From positions 321,802-385,801 of the forward strand of contig OY730228.1 of the NCBI GenBank assembly GCA_963422565.1: a stretch of 64,000 nucleotides of DNA. The letters run 5' to 3'. The notes under the pieces were generated by a model that saw nothing but the letters and a program-made list of their open reading frames with translations, had not been told where the DNA came from and ran no database searches. Shown here in pieces: positions 10,800-21,526 of the stretch. The position numbers and the translations under genes were made by a program. Source of the stretch: Alphaproteobacteria bacterium (lineage in GTDB: Bacteria > Pseudomonadota > Alphaproteobacteria > MPNO01). The first letter of the stretch is position 1, and the number at the start of each line of letters is the position of its first letter.

Positions 10800-11000
10800 A
10801 CGCCCCGTCGAACCCGTGCCGGTCATGGGCGAGGGGCGTCGAGCCCATCTGCGCGAGGCGAGCCGCCGAGCGGCTCCGTCGGCGACGGCGATTCGGTCGG
10901 TTTCGTGCCGTGCGCCGCGGGCAGGAAGGCGCGGTTGATCGCGGATCGGCTTCCGCTATCATCCGCCCTGCCCGGACAATGTGGAGTAACGGCGCAACCG

Positions 11001-11198
11001 ATGGATCGAGCGATCACCCCCCCCGAAATCGTCGAAGTCGACAAGCCCGAGGTTTCCTGCGATGGCGGCGGCCCGCTGGGCCATCCCAAGGTCTATCTGA
11101 GCCTCGCCGCGGGCGGCCGCGTCGAATGCCCGTACTGCGACAGAATGTTCGTGTTCAAACTAGGCGGCGCTGCGGGACCGTCCGCCCTCGCGAAGTGA
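11001..11198 (+). CDS. zinc-ribbon domain protein (CxxC…CxxC), conserved small ORF
   Basis: MDRAITPPEIVEVDKPEVSCDGGGPLGHPKVYLSLAAGGRVECPYCDRMFVFK. ATG at 11001. 65 aa. Confidence 0.55.
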   Translation: MDRAITPPEIVEVDKPEVSCDGGGPLGHPKVYLSLAAGGRVECPYCDRMFVFKLGGAAGPSALAK

Positions 11199-11519
11199 TC
11201 AGAGAGTATCCTCGATCCATTCTATGAGCTTGGACTTGGGCAGGGTGCCGACCTTGGTCGCCGCCAACTCGCCGTCCTTGAAGAGCATCAGCGTCGGGAT
11301 GCCGCGGACGCCGAACTTCGTCGGAGTTATGGGATTCTCGTCGATATTGAGCTTGGCGACGGCGACCCGCCCTTCCATCTCGGTCGAAATTTCCTCGAGA
11401 GCCGGCGCGATCTGCTTGCAGGGGCCGCACCATTCCGCCCAGAAATCGACCACCACCGGGACGTCCGCACCGAGAACATCGACGTCGAAGGACTCGTCCG
11501 ATATCGCTTTCGTCGCCAT
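11199..11519 (-). CDS. trxA: thioredoxin
   Basis: WCGPC active site. 106 aa. Confidence 0.95.
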   Translation of the reverse strand: MATKAISDESFDVDVLGADVPVVVDFWAEWCGPCKQIAPALEEISTEMEGRVAVAKLNIDENPITPTKFGVRGIPTLMLFKDGELAATKVGTLPKSKLIEWIEDTL

Positions 11520-11580
11520 TGCGAGGCCTCGTCGGTCGCTTCTGCATGTGCTCGGAATTTAGGTTCCGCCCCTCCGAGGG

Positions 11581-14500
11581 TCAAGGAGCATGGGCATCGA
11601 GCAAGGCGTCGGGGATGGCGTCCACGCGCCGGATCGCGGTCCAGACCAGAAGGCTGCGGACCGTGCGGCCGGGATAGATTCTCCGCAGCAGGGCGCGGTA
11701 GACCGCCAGTTGGCGGAGATGGCCAGACGGCGTGTCCTCGACCCGCTTCGGCGGCCGGCGTTCGGTCTTGAAGTCGAGGACATCGATCGTCGTCTCGTCG
11801 ACCACCAGCCGGTCGACGCGCCCCGAATATCTTTGTCCGCCCACCAGCCCGGCGATCGGCACCTCGCCACGCGAGCGGGGGGCGAAGAAGCGGGCCGTCT
11901 GCGGTGCGGAGAGGACTCCCAGCGCCTCCGCCGCAAGCTCCTCGCGGGTCCGCATGTCGAGCCCCAGGCTCGGTCGGCCGAGGAAGAGCCATGCGGCGTC
12001 TTCGCGCGCGCGCGCATCCACGTCCGGCAACGCCCTCAACAGCTCGTGAACGATCCGACCCCGGTCGGCGCCTTCGTTCCCGCCGTCCGCCGTCGGGGCG
12101 GGGCGGTCGCCGGCGGCCCCGAGATGCGACGGCGCGAGCGCCGCCGCGCGTGGCGTCTCGACGGGGGCGGGGCGCCGTGCCCAGCCCGGCAGCGGGTCGA
12201 CGACGGTCCGCCGGCCGATAGCCGTCTCGACGCGGTCCGGCGGTTCGGTCTGCGGCGACGACAGCCGCAGGCTGCGTCCGGTCCACCCCGTGATCCCGGC
12301 GGCCCGGAGGGTCATTTCGGACTCCTCGACATCGGGGATTCGGTCCAGCGCCCGTTCGACGACCCGGTACCAGCAATCGTCCGGGATATTGTCCCCGTCG
12401 CGATAGCCGGCGACATGGAGCCGGTCCTGGCTTCGCGTCATGGCGACATAGAGCAGCCGCCAATACTCCTCCTCCGCCCGTCGTCGGGCGTCGGCCCCGA
12501 GTCTCTCCGATGTCGGGTCTTCGTCGTCGCGGCGCGGGCGCCAGATCAGGAGCCGGTCGCCGTCCGGCGTTTCCGGCCAGAAGAGGGGGTTCCTGTCGAA
12601 AGGGCGCTCCATGGTGTCCGCAAGGATGACGATCGGGGCCTCCAGCCCTTTCGCACCGTGTACCGTCATAACTCTCACTTCGTCCCGCCCGGCCCGTTCC
12701 AGATCCCGCTTGACCTCCGTCGAGGCGGCGCGAAACCATGCGACGAATCCCTGGAGCGACGGCGGATGGCGGCGCTCGTAATCGAGCGATAGCGAGAGAA
12801 ATTCGTCGATCGGATCTTCCGCATCGGCCCCGAGCCGCGCGACGATCTTCTGCCGCCCCCCCATGACCGAGAGGACATGCATGTAGAATTCGAAAGGCGG
12901 CCCCCGCTCGGCGGCGGCCGAGATCTCCCTCAGGGCGGCGAGAATCCCGGCAAGATCGGGGCACTGCCGCGCGGCCTCCGCCAAGCGGGAAAACAGGCTC
13001 CTCCCGCCTCGGTCATGCGCGAGCGCGAAGAGCGTTTCTTCGTCGATCCCGAAGAGCGGACCCTTCAGGACCGTCGCCAGAACCAGATCGTTGGTCGGTA
13101 GCAGGGCGGCTTCGGCCAGGGCCAACAGATCCATCGCCGCGAGGTGATCCGAGAGTACGAGGCGATCCACGCCCGCGACTCCGATCCCGGCTCTCTTCAG
13201 CGCGCGGACGAGCTGATCGACGAACGCCGTTCTGCGCCGGACCAGCACCAGGATGTCGCCCGCCCGGACCGTGCGGGCGTGGCTGGGCAGAGGCTCGCTG
13301 CCCGCGATCCAGTCGACGATCTTCTGCGACATCGCCGCGGCGAGACGGAAGGAAGCGGGCTCTCCCGCCCCCGACACGGGGGCGGCGCGGTCGTCCCGAT
13401 CCCGTGTCGGCTCGACGGAATATGCCGGGGGCCAGAGGACGACCGATCCGGCCTGGCCCGTCCGGCGCGCCGCATGGGCGGTCGGCGGCGCGCCGAGACC
13501 GAGATCGGGATCGCCGCCGGCGAAGACGGCGTCCACGGATCGCAGAACCGCCGGAGTCGCGCGGAACGAGGCGTTGAGCGCGACCGATCGCCACTCGGCA
13601 CCCAATGCCGCGACGGCCTGGCCGTAGAAAGCCTCCATCCGGCGGAACGCGTCGGGGTCGGCGCCTTGGAAGCTGTAGATCGACTGCTTGGGATCGCCGA
13701 CGGCGAAGATCGTCCGGGGAGGTCCCGTCAACGCGCCGCCGGCGCCGCGGTCCGAGAAGAAGTCCGACGTAAGCGACGCGATCACCCGCCATTGGTCCGG
13801 GCTGGTGTCCTGCGCCTCGTCGATGAGCACGTGATCGATCCCGCCGTCCAACTTGTAGTGAACCCAGCTAGCCGCGGCGTCGTCCCGCAGAAGGCGCCGC
13901 GTCGCCTCGATCAGGTCCTCGTAGTCGAGGGCCGCATCGGCCCGCTTCCCAGCCTCGTAGGCATCGAGAAGAGACCGCATGACACGTGTAAGAGACATGC
14001 TGGACTGTGCTGTCTTATAAGAAAGATATCTATGAATGATCCGTTGCACACGGTCGGCTTCCGCGGCGAGCGGCGCGCGCGCTTCCTGGGCCGTCTGCCC
14101 GGTTGCGAGCGTTTTGCGAACCTTGCGCCCCGCGGTCAGGAACGCCTGTGCATAGTCGAGAAACCGCTCGGCCCGTCTTTCCGGATCGGCGATCCATGAG
14201 GCGATCCGGCTCGCGCGGTCGCGGTCCGTCTCGCTGCCGGCGGCGAGGGCGGCGGCCGCGGCCGCGAGGCCGGGCCGATCGAATGCCTCGTCCCGCGACT
14301 CGCGATCGAGGAGATCGGCGGCGGTCCTGCCGGGTTCGATCCCCAGATAGCGGTAGAGCGCCGCGCTCTCGGCCCGCGAAATCTCCGAGGCCTTGCCGCG
14401 TTCGGCCGCGAACCGCTGCATGAGGTCGTCGAACCGGAACTCCACGATCCGACCGGCGATCAGCTGCAGGGCTTCGCCCGTCTCACCCGATGACGTCTCG

Positions 14501-14979
14501 ACGAGCCGGTCCCGGGCCGCCCGCAGGGTCTCCCGCGCCGAGCGTTCGTCGAGAACCGTGAAGTTGGGAGAGAGTCGCGCCTCCAGCGGGAAGCGGCGCA
14601 GCACGGCTTCGCAGAATGCGTGGATGGTTTGGATCTTCATACCGCCCGGCGTGTCGAGAACCGTCGCGATCAGGCCCCGAGCGCGTTCCAGAGTCCGTCC
14701 CTCCGGCGGCACCTCCAGCAGATCGGCGAGCGCGGCGGCGAGCCGCTCCGGCGTCGCGCGGGTCCAATCGCCCAGCGTCGCGCGGATCCGATTGGCCATC
14801 TCCGCCGCCGCGGCCCGCGTGAAGGTCAGGCACAGAATGCGCGCGGGCGGCGTTCCGGTCAGCAGCAGACGCAGGACGCGATCTACCAGCACTTTGGTCT
14901 TGCCGGTTCCGGCGGAAGCGTCGACCCAGGCCGAGAGCCGGGGGCGCGCCGCAGCGACCTGACCGTCCGCCGTCGTCAT
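11581..14979 (-). CDS. addA: double-strand break repair helicase AddA (UvrD-like helicase plus nuclease)
   Basis: Walker A AWVDASAGTGKTKVL, UvrD helicase motifs and C-terminal nuclease. Start MTTADGQ at 14979 overlaps the addB stop (ATGA). About 1132 aa. The long N-terminal extension in the track is rejected. Confidence 0.9.
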   Translation of the reverse strand: MTTADGQVAAARPRLSAWVDASAGTGKTKVLVDRVLRLLLTGTPPARILCLTFTRAAAAEMANRIRATLGDWTRATPERLAAALADLLEVPPEGRTLERARGLIATVLDTPGGMKIQTIHAFCEAVLRRFPLEARLSPNFTVLDERSARETLRAARDRLVETSSGETGEALQLIAGRIVEFRFDDLMQRFAAERGKASEISRAESAALYRYLGIEPGRTAADLLDRESRDEAFDRPGLAAAAAALAAGSETDRDRASRIASWIADPERRAERFLDYAQAFLTAGRKVRKTLATGQTAQEARAPLAAEADRVQRIIHRYLSYKTAQSSMSLTRVMRSLLDAYEAGKRADAALDYEDLIEATRRLLRDDAAASWVHYKLDGGIDHVLIDEAQDTSPDQWRVIASLTSDFFSDRGAGGALTGPPRTIFAVGDPKQSIYSFQGADPDAFRRMEAFYGQAVAALGAEWRSVALNASFRATPAVLRSVDAVFAGGDPDLGLGAPPTAHAARRTGQAGSVVLWPPAYSVEPTRDRDDRAAPVSGAGEPASFRLAAAMSQKIVDWIAGSEPLPSHARTVRAGDILVLVRRRTAFVDQLVRALKRAGIGVAGVDRLVLSDHLAAMDLLALAEAALLPTNDLVLATVLKGPLFGIDEETLFALAHDRGGRSLFSRLAEAARQCPDLAGILAALREISAAAERGPPFEFYMHVLSVMGGRQKIVARLGADAEDPIDEFLSLSLDYERRHPPSLQGFVAWFRAASTEVKRDLERAGRDEVRVMTVHGAKGLEAPIVILADTMERPFDRNPLFWPETPDGDRLLIWRPRRDDEDPTSERLGADARRRAEEEYWRLLYVAMTRSQDRLHVAGYRDGDNIPDDCWYRVVERALDRIPDVEESEMTLRAAGITGWTGRSLRLSSPQTEPPDRVETAIGRRTVVDPLPGWARRPAPVETPRAAALAPSHLGAAGDRPAPTADGGNEGADRGRIVHELLRALPDVDARAREDAAWLFLGRPSLGLDMRTREELAAEALGVLSAPQTARFFAPRSRGEVPIAGLVGGQRYSGRVDRLVVDETTIDVLDFKTERRPPKRVEDTPSGHLRQLAVYRALLRRIYPGRTVRSLLVWTAIRRVDAIPDALLDAHAP

Positions 14980-17960
14980 CGCCGCCGGCTCCTGCGCCGA
15001 TCCGGGACGAATTCGGCGAGGCGTTCGAGATGCAGATAGTCGTTGAAGCGCGTTGCGCGGCTCGGGTCGAGTTGCGGGGCGTAGGCGGTGCGCGGATCGT
15101 CGAACTCGGCGACGAGGCTCTCGATCGCTTGCATGGTCTGCGAAACCAGATCCCCGTCCGCCGACTCCTTTCTCGGGATCGTTCTGATTTCTCCCGGCGG
15201 ATCGCCGCCGCTGATCCGCCAATAGGCGATCTCCGAGACCGTCCTCGGGGGAAGGCCTTCGAATCCGCCCGCTTCCGCTATCGCCGCTTCGATGACGAGC
15301 TGCGGGGAGATGCCGGCCACGATGTCCTTCTTCGCCGGGAGAGCGCCGGTCTTGTAGTCGATGACGACCAGGGTTCCGTCGGCCAGCTGGTCGATCCTGT
15401 CGGCCCTCGCCGTCAGCCTGAACGCGCCGGCCGGGGCCGGGAGCGTCATCTCGCCACTGATTTCGGTGACGGTCTGCGCGACGCCCGGTCTGCGCGCGCG
15501 CTCGGTCTCGACGAACCATGCCGCGGCCCGCTCGAAGCGCGGCCACCAGAACCCCAGTACCCCCGGGCGCGTTCCCAGCCTGCCGAGGCATTGCCGACCC
15601 GTCTCGAGAAGGAGGGACAAGGCGTTGTCGGGAAACGGGCCGTCGGGCCGTTCGAGAAACCGGTCGAGCGCGTCATGGACGAACGAGCCCAGCTCCGCGC
15701 CCCCGGGATCTGCATCGATGGGATCGAGCGTCCGCAAACCGAGTATATGCCTCGCGTAGATCGCATAGGGATCGCGGAACAACGTCTCGATCTGGGTCGC
15801 CGAGAGACTCCGCGGCCGAGCCGCGACCGGCGGACGCGGCTCCGGGGGCGGCATGGAGGCGGACGCGGCGGGCCGGTCGAGCGCCGCCTGCCATGAGATC
15901 GGGCGGGAGGCAGACCGGCCGAGATCGATCGCCTCCCCGACCCGGGCCGTCTCCAGGCGAAGGAGCCAGCGCGAGGGCACCGTGGGGGTTCCTTCGACCC
16001 GGGTCGCGCGGGTGAGGAATATCTCCTCGGCGGCGAAGGCCTGGGCGAAATCATGGGCCGCCAGACCGACGCGCCGCTGGTGGGAAGGAAGACCCAGGGC
16101 CTCGCGCATCGCCGCGCTCAGCCACGGGTCCCGGTCGCCGTCGTCGGGCCAGGTGCCTTCGTTCAGCCCGCCGAGAACGATGCGATCGGCACCGAGTAGC
16201 CGCGCCTCTAGCGTGCCCCGGATGGCGAGCCTCGGATGACTCCCGCCTCTCGGCCGCACGACCCGGGCCCGCATGAGGGTTTCGAGGAAGTGCGGCCAGC
16301 CGAAGGCGGCGGGCAGCGAAATGTCTCGTCCGGCATCCCTCAGCTCCTCCAGAAAAGCGAAGACCGCCTCGCCGGTCTCGTCTTTCCGGAGCCGCTCGGC
16401 CTGCGGGTCCCTATCGGTCGCCGCCAGCGCCCGGACGGCCTCGATATGGGCGGCCGCGAGGTCGGCGATGCTGCCCTCTCGCGCGCCGAGGACGAGCCGC
16501 TCGAACGCGCCGAGCGATTCGCCGATACCCGCGATCCATTTCCGCGTCGCGGATCGCCGGGGAGAGTCGTCGAGGCCGTTCAACAGCCCCGCGATGCCGG
16601 GTTCGGGACGGAGGCCGCGAAGCGCGGCCCGCTCCAAGCCGTAGACCCGACGGAGGAACCGCCGGCGCGAAGTCCCGCATGCGACCAGAGGATGTTTCAG
16701 CGTTGCCAGGAGGGGTACGGGCGCCCAGCGGTCGGTGACCAGGCGCGCGCTCAGCAGGAAGAGCGCGCCGGTCGGGGTGAGGTCGAGACGACGCCCGCCC
16801 GAATCGTCGATGTCGATGTTCCAGCGCCGCAGTTCCGCAGCGACGCGGCGCGCGAGGTTGCGGTCCGGCGTGACCAGCGCCGCGGTCTTCGCTTCGAGCT
16901 CCAGCGCCTCGCGCAGCAAGAGCGCGATCGTCGACGCTTCCTCCCTCGGGCCGGCGCAATCGATGCGGCAGACGCCGTCCAGCGCGCGCCGCAAGACCGT
17001 GTCCTCCAACACCGGCGGCGGCGCGGTCGGCGGCCGCATCGCCGTCGCGATCAACCGGGCGCGGGCGGAGGCGGTATCGGTGGGCGTGGCGCCCGGCCAC
17101 AACATGACCTCCGAGGGTGCGATCTCGAGGAGTCGCAGCACCTGGTTCAAGCCGAATTGCGGGTGCGTGGGTTCGATCTCTTCCAGACTCGCCTCGTCGA
17201 TCTCCCGGTCGAGGCCGGGGAGGACGACGGCGCCTTCGGCGTAGCCGGCGGTCCAGGCCATGAGATCCCGCGTCGCCGGCACGCTTCCGGTCGAACCGGC
17301 GACGACGACCGGCCCGCATCGCGGCCGCTTCCGCCAGAAATCGATGCGTCGGGCGATCAGCAGGTTGCGCCGAAGCGCCGGATCCATCGCCCCCTCGGCA
17401 TCGACGATAGCCGGCCAATGCTCGGTCAACAGACGCAGAAAGCGCAGCGTCTTCTGCCAGTGCTCGGCGAGCTCGGCGGGAACCAGCCGCTCGAGCCCGT
17501 CGAAGGAGATGCGCGCGGTGTGGACCTGATCGAGGAGGCGTGCGAGCGCGGCGGCGAGGGCTGCGGCCTGGCCGGTATCCGGCGGATCCTGCCCCGCGGC
17601 GGGCGACAGGATCAGGCGCGTCAGCAGGAGTTGCCGGCGGAGGTCGGAGATCGCCGGCGGGATGTCGAGCGGTACCGCGTCCGGCGATTCGTCCGCCGCG
17701 AACGCCTCGCCGTCGTCGAGATCGCCGATCGGCGCGATTTCGGGCAGGACGAGAGCGCCGTGCGGGCTCAGCGTCGATAGCGTCTCGATCAGGGCGCGGC
17801 AGGATCGCCTGTTGGGAAGCAGGATCGTTGCCGATGCGAGCGCCTCGGAGGCGCCGCCGGCCGCCCGCAGGAGCCCGCCGGCGAGGGCGTCGATGAACCG
17901 GACGCCCGGTGGGATCGTGAAGACGCCGGTCGGGAAACCGCCGCAATCCGTGGCCGCCAT
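14976..17960 (-). CDS. addB: double-strand break repair protein AddB
   Basis: 994 aa. Inactivated-helicase plus PD-(D/E)XK nuclease architecture, immediately upstream of and coupled to addA. Confidence 0.9.
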   Translation of the reverse strand: MAATDCGGFPTGVFTIPPGVRFIDALAGGLLRAAGGASEALASATILLPNRRSCRALIETLSTLSPHGALVLPEIAPIGDLDDGEAFAADESPDAVPLDIPPAISDLRRQLLLTRLILSPAAGQDPPDTGQAAALAAALARLLDQVHTARISFDGLERLVPAELAEHWQKTLRFLRLLTEHWPAIVDAEGAMDPALRRNLLIARRIDFWRKRPRCGPVVVAGSTGSVPATRDLMAWTAGYAEGAVVLPGLDREIDEASLEEIEPTHPQFGLNQVLRLLEIAPSEVMLWPGATPTDTASARARLIATAMRPPTAPPPVLEDTVLRRALDGVCRIDCAGPREEASTIALLLREALELEAKTAALVTPDRNLARRVAAELRRWNIDIDDSGGRRLDLTPTGALFLLSARLVTDRWAPVPLLATLKHPLVACGTSRRRFLRRVYGLERAALRGLRPEPGIAGLLNGLDDSPRRSATRKWIAGIGESLGAFERLVLGAREGSIADLAAAHIEAVRALAATDRDPQAERLRKDETGEAVFAFLEELRDAGRDISLPAAFGWPHFLETLMRARVVRPRGGSHPRLAIRGTLEARLLGADRIVLGGLNEGTWPDDGDRDPWLSAAMREALGLPSHQRRVGLAAHDFAQAFAAEEIFLTRATRVEGTPTVPSRWLLRLETARVGEAIDLGRSASRPISWQAALDRPAASASMPPPEPRPPVAARPRSLSATQIETLFRDPYAIYARHILGLRTLDPIDADPGGAELGSFVHDALDRFLERPDGPFPDNALSLLLETGRQCLGRLGTRPGVLGFWWPRFERAAAWFVETERARRPGVAQTVTEISGEMTLPAPAGAFRLTARADRIDQLADGTLVVIDYKTGALPAKKDIVAGISPQLVIEAAIAEAGGFEGLPPRTVSEIAYWRISGGDPPGEIRTIPRKESADGDLVSQTMQAIESLVAEFDDPRTAYAPQLDPSRATRFNDYLHLERLAEFVPDRRRSRRR

Positions 17961-17969
17961 CGCCGCGCT

Positions 17970-18704
17970 TCAGCCGACATGAAGGTCGCGGGCACCGGGC
18001 CGCCCGACGAGATGGTCGTCCGCCGCGCCGAGGGCCTCGGGCGTGCCGACATGGAACCAGTCTCCGTCATGGACCAGCCCGTAGAGGCGGCGTCGGTGCT
18101 CCGCCCGGTCGTAGAGCGTATTGAGCGAGAACGCCCCATCGGGTGCGCCGGCGAACAGGCGGGGATGCAGAAGCTGGATGCCGGTGAAGGCATAGGGGAC
18201 CACGTCCCGTTCCGCCCGCCGCCTGAGCAGGCCGAGCGGATCGACGAAATAGTCGCCGCGGCCCGCATAGCCATGGGCGTGGACCGTCGTGGCCGTGAGC
18301 AGGAGCGCGTCCATCGCATCGTCGTTCCAGGCCGAGGACATCCGTTCGAGCGCCGGCGTCGGGCCGTCGAGCCAGACCACGTCGGCATTGACCGCGAAAA
18401 ACGGGGCGTCGCCGAGCAGCTCCAGCGCGTTCCCGATCCCGCCGCCGGTTTCGAGCGGCGCGCTCTCGCGGGACAGATGGATTCTGGGTGACCGGCGAAC
18501 GGCGAGATGGGCCGCGATCAGATGGCCGAGATGGTGGGTGTTGACGACTGCCTCCCGGACGCCGAAAGCTTCCAGACGATCGAGCACATGGTCGATCAAC
18601 GGCCGCCCCGCGACCTTGAGCAGCGCCTTCGGGATCGTCTCGGTCAGCGGCCGCATGCGCCGGCCGAGCCCGGCGGCGAGGATCATCGCGCGCTCCGGCC
18701 TCAT
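17970..18704 (-). CDS. murU: nucleotidyltransferase (MurNAc-alpha-1-phosphate uridylyltransferase MurU-like)
   Basis: MILAAGLGRRMRPLTETIPKALLKVAGRPLIDH sugar-phosphate nucleotidyltransferase fold. ATG at 18704 overlaps the upstream stop (ATGA). Confidence 0.7.
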   Translation of the reverse strand: MRPERAMILAAGLGRRMRPLTETIPKALLKVAGRPLIDHVLDRLEAFGVREAVVNTHHLGHLIAAHLAVRRSPRIHLSRESAPLETGGGIGNALELLGDAPFFAVNADVVWLDGPTPALERMSSAWNDDAMDALLLTATTVHAHGYAGRGDYFVDPLGLLRRRAERDVVPYAFTGIQLLHPRLFAGAPDGAFSLNTLYDRAEHRRRLYGLVHDGDWFHVGTPEALGAADDHLVGRPGARDLHVG

Positions 18705-19720
18705 GCCGCCGGATCCGGTTCCGGAACGATGCGCGAAGGGCCGGGCAGCCAGCGCGCGATCCAGTCCGCGACCGGCGCCAGGACGGGGTGTGCGATCGAC
18801 CGTTCCAGGAGCCGCCAGACCCGCGGAATGTGACGCAGATAGCACGGTTTCCGGTCGCGCCGGTCGAGCCGCGCGAATATTCCGAGGACCTTGCAGTGGC
18901 GCTGGGCGCCGAGAACGGCGCAGGACATATCGAACGCCTCGGGGTTCAGCGCGGGAAACGCGGCGAGATACCGCGCCCTCATCTCCGTGGCGAGCGCCTG
19001 CGGAACGTCCCGCCGCGCGTCCTGGAGAAGCGAGACGACATCATAGCTCACCGGTCCCGACACGGCGTCCTGGAAATCGAGGAGGCCGCAGGCGGCGATA
19101 CCCTCCCGACCCTCCAAACGCACCAGGTTGTCGACATGGTAGTCGCGCAGCACCAGCGTCTCGGGGACCCCGCGGGCGTGCGCGAACACGGTGCGCCAAG
19201 CGGCGAGGTAACCGTCGCGCTGGGCAGCGCCGACCGGCCCGCCGAGGACGGCGGGCGCGTACCAGTCGATCAGCAGCGAGGCCTCCGCGGCAAGCAGGGC
19301 GTCGTCGTAGCGCGGGAGGCCGCAGGGGACCGCGAGCGGCCGCGGGGTTCGGTGGAGCGCGATCAGCGTGTCCAGCGCCTGCCGGTAGAGACCGGCCTCC
19401 GCGACACCGCGATCGAGGAGCCGCGAGAAGACTCCGTCACCGAGATCTTCGAGCAGCATCAGCCCGTCGGCGGCGTTCGACGCCAGGACCTCCGGCGCGC
19501 TGAACCCGAGGGAGCGTAGATGACGCGCGATCTCGACGAAGGGTTCGATCGGCTCCAAAGCCGGCGGCGCATCCATCAGTACGGCGGTTCGGGACTGGCC
19601 GAGGACGCGAAAATAGCTCCGAAAGGACGCGTCCCCGGCGAGCGATACGATTTCGGCGCCTGTCCAGCCATGGCGGGCCAGGAAGCGCGAGACCGCGGTC
19701 TCACGCGCACCAGCGGTCAA
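18701..19720 (-). CDS. amgK: aminoglycoside-phosphotransferase-fold kinase (anomeric MurNAc/GlcNAc kinase AmgK-like)
   Basis: APH-like kinase motifs (…LRDYHVDNL…DFQDA…), paired with the murU-like gene as in the peptidoglycan-recycling bypass. Confidence 0.7.
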   Translation of the reverse strand: MTAGARETAVSRFLARHGWTGAEIVSLAGDASFRSYFRVLGQSRTAVLMDAPPALEPIEPFVEIARHLRSLGFSAPEVLASNAADGLMLLEDLGDGVFSRLLDRGVAEAGLYRQALDTLIALHRTPRPLAVPCGLPRYDDALLAAEASLLIDWYAPAVLGGPVGAAQRDGYLAAWRTVFAHARGVPETLVLRDYHVDNLVRLEGREGIAACGLLDFQDAVSGPVSYDVVSLLQDARRDVPQALATEMRARYLAAFPALNPEAFDMSCAVLGAQRHCKVLGIFARLDRRDRKPCYLRHIPRVWRLLERSIAHPVLAPVADWIARWLPGPSRIVPEPDPAA

Positions 19721-20230
19721 GCCTGCCGTCCAGCCGCCGACGCCAGTCGCCGGGGGCGACGATGGACGCGCCGCGCGCCTCCCCGACAGCGGCGTGGGCG
19801 AGGGCGATCCGCAACATTTGCGGCGGCGCTAGCCTGTCCAGCCGTTCCGGCCATTCGATCAGCCCGATTCCCTCGACGAACGCATCCTCGATTCCGAGCT
19901 CGACGGCCTCATATTCCGATTCGATCCGGTAGAGGTCGAAATGATGGATCGATACTCCCGCGATATCGTAGGTCTGGACCAAGGTGTATGTCGGGCTGGG
20001 CACCTCGATCGGCCCGAGCCCCGCGCGATGCGCGCAGGCGTTGACGAAGGCCCTGGCGAAGACTGTCTTGCCGCACCCCAGCGGGCCGCTCAGGCCGAGT
20101 ACATCGCCCGGCCGACAGAGACCCGCGAACAGGCCGGCGAAGCGTTCCGTCTCTGCCAGGCTCGCGAGCGACAGGTCCGGCGTCGCGTCGTCGGGGAGCC
20201 GAACCGACGGCGCGGCGGGCGGATCGGACG
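19701..20230 (-). CDS. tsaE: tRNA threonylcarbamoyladenosine biosynthesis protein TsaE (start codon unresolved)
   Basis: P-loop GLSGPLGCGKTVFARAF…HFDLYRI, a YjeE-family signature. No ATG, GTG or TTG lies between the ahcY stop and the conserved core, so the 5' end probably overlaps ahcY or uses a rare start. Confidence 0.7.
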
Positions 20231-21526
20231 CTAATATCGATAATACTCCGGCTTGAACGGCCCCTCGCGCGCGATCCCCAGATAGGCCGCCTGCTCGGGG
20301 GTCAACGGGGTAAGCCTCGCGCCCAGCTTGTCGAGATGCAGAGCAGCAACCTTCTCGTCGAGCCTCTTGGGCAGAAAATACACTTTCCGCTCGTAATCGG
20401 CGTAATTGTTCCACAGCTCGATCTGCGCCAGAACCTGGTTGGTGAAGGAGGCGCTCATGACGAAGCTCGGATGACCGGTGGCGCAGCCGAGATTCACCAG
20501 CCTGCCCTCGGCGAGGACGATCAATTTCTTGCCGTCGGGGAACTCGACCTCGTCGACCTGCGGTTTGACATTCTCCCATCGGAAGTTGCGCAGCGCCTCG
20601 ATCTGGATCTCGCTATCGAAATGCCCGATATTGCAGACGATGGCCCTGTCCTTCATCCGGCGCATGTGATCGATCGTGATCACGTCGATATTGCCGGTGG
20701 CGGTCACGAATATGTCCCCGACGGAGACGGCGTCGTTCATGGAGACGACTTCATAGCCCTCCATGGCCGCCTGCAGGGCGCAGATGGGATCGATCTCGGT
20801 GATCATCACCCGCGCGCCCTGGTTGCGCAGCGAGGCGGCAGAGCCCTTGCCGACATCCCCGTAGCCTGCGACCACCGCGACCTTGCCGGCCACCATCACG
20901 TCGGTCGCCCGCTTGATCCCGTCGACGAGGCTCTCCCGGCATCCGTAGAGATTGTCGAACTTGGACTTGGTCACCGAGTCGTTGACGTTGATCGCCGGAA
21001 CCCGGAGCGTTCCTCTCTCCGCCATCTCGTATAGCCGGTGAACGCCGGTGGTCGTCTCCTCGCTCAGCCCCCTCACGCCGTCCAACAGATCGCCGTGCCG
21101 TTCATGCATCGCCAGAGTCAGATCGCCGCCGTCGTCGAGCAGCATGTTGGGCCGCCAGCCGGAGGGCCCGATGACGGTCTTCTCGATCGCCCACCAGAAT
21201 TCCTCCTCCGTCATGCCCTTCCACGCGAAGACGGGAACGCCCGAAGCCGCGACAGCGGCCGCCGCGTGATCCTGGGTCGAGAAGATGTTGCAGGAGCTCC
21301 AGCGGAGCTCGGCCCCGAGCGTGCGGAGCGTCTCGATCAGGACTGCGGTCTGGATCGTCATATGCAGGCAGCCGGCGATCCGCGCTCCTGCGAGCGGCGC
21401 TTCGTCGCCGAACTCCCGCCGGAGGGCCATCAACCCCGGCATCTCGGTTCGCGCGATGGCGATCTCCTTGCGGCCCCATTCCGCGAGCGACGAATCGGCG
21501 ACCTTGAAGTCTTCGGCGGACGACAT
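20231..21526 (-). CDS. ahcY: adenosylhomocysteinase
   Basis: 431 aa, full-length AhcY with NAD-binding domain. ATG (cat) at 21524-21526. Confidence 0.95.
   Translation of the reverse strand: MSSAEDFKVADSSLAEWGRKEIAIARTEMPGLMALRREFGDEAPLAGARIAGCLHMTIQTAVLIETLRTLGAELRWSSCNIFSTQDHAAAAVAASGVPVFAWKGMTEEEFWWAIEKTVIGPSGWRPNMLLDDGGDLTLAMHERHGDLLDGVRGLSEETTTGVHRLYEMAERGTLRVPAINVNDSVTKSKFDNLYGCRESLVDGIKRATDVMVAGKVAVVAGYGDVGKGSAASLRNQGARVMITEIDPICALQAAMEGYEVVSMNDAVSVGDIFVTATGNIDVITIDHMRRMKDRAIVCNIGHFDSEIQIEALRNFRWENVKPQVDEVEFPDGKKLIVLAEGRLVNLGCATGHPSFVMSASFTNQVLAQIELWNNYADYERKVYFLPKRLDEKVAALHLDKLGARLTPLTPEQAAYLGIAREGPFKPEYYRY

Noticed and set aside
10028-10960. Several 170-290-aa ORFs around the tRNA-Arg locus (10028..10771+, 10122..10826-, 10326..11198+, 10447..10962-)
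   Set aside because: They run through the tRNA gene and the repeat element with low-complexity translations. Only the last 65 codons of 10326..11198 (the Zn-ribbon protein) are retained.
11327-12964. 545-aa and other long alternate-frame ORFs overlapping addA/addB (11590..12792, 16236..17780, 16411..17946 and others)
   Set aside because: Alternate frames of the AddAB genes. High GC removes stop codons, and there is no domain signal.
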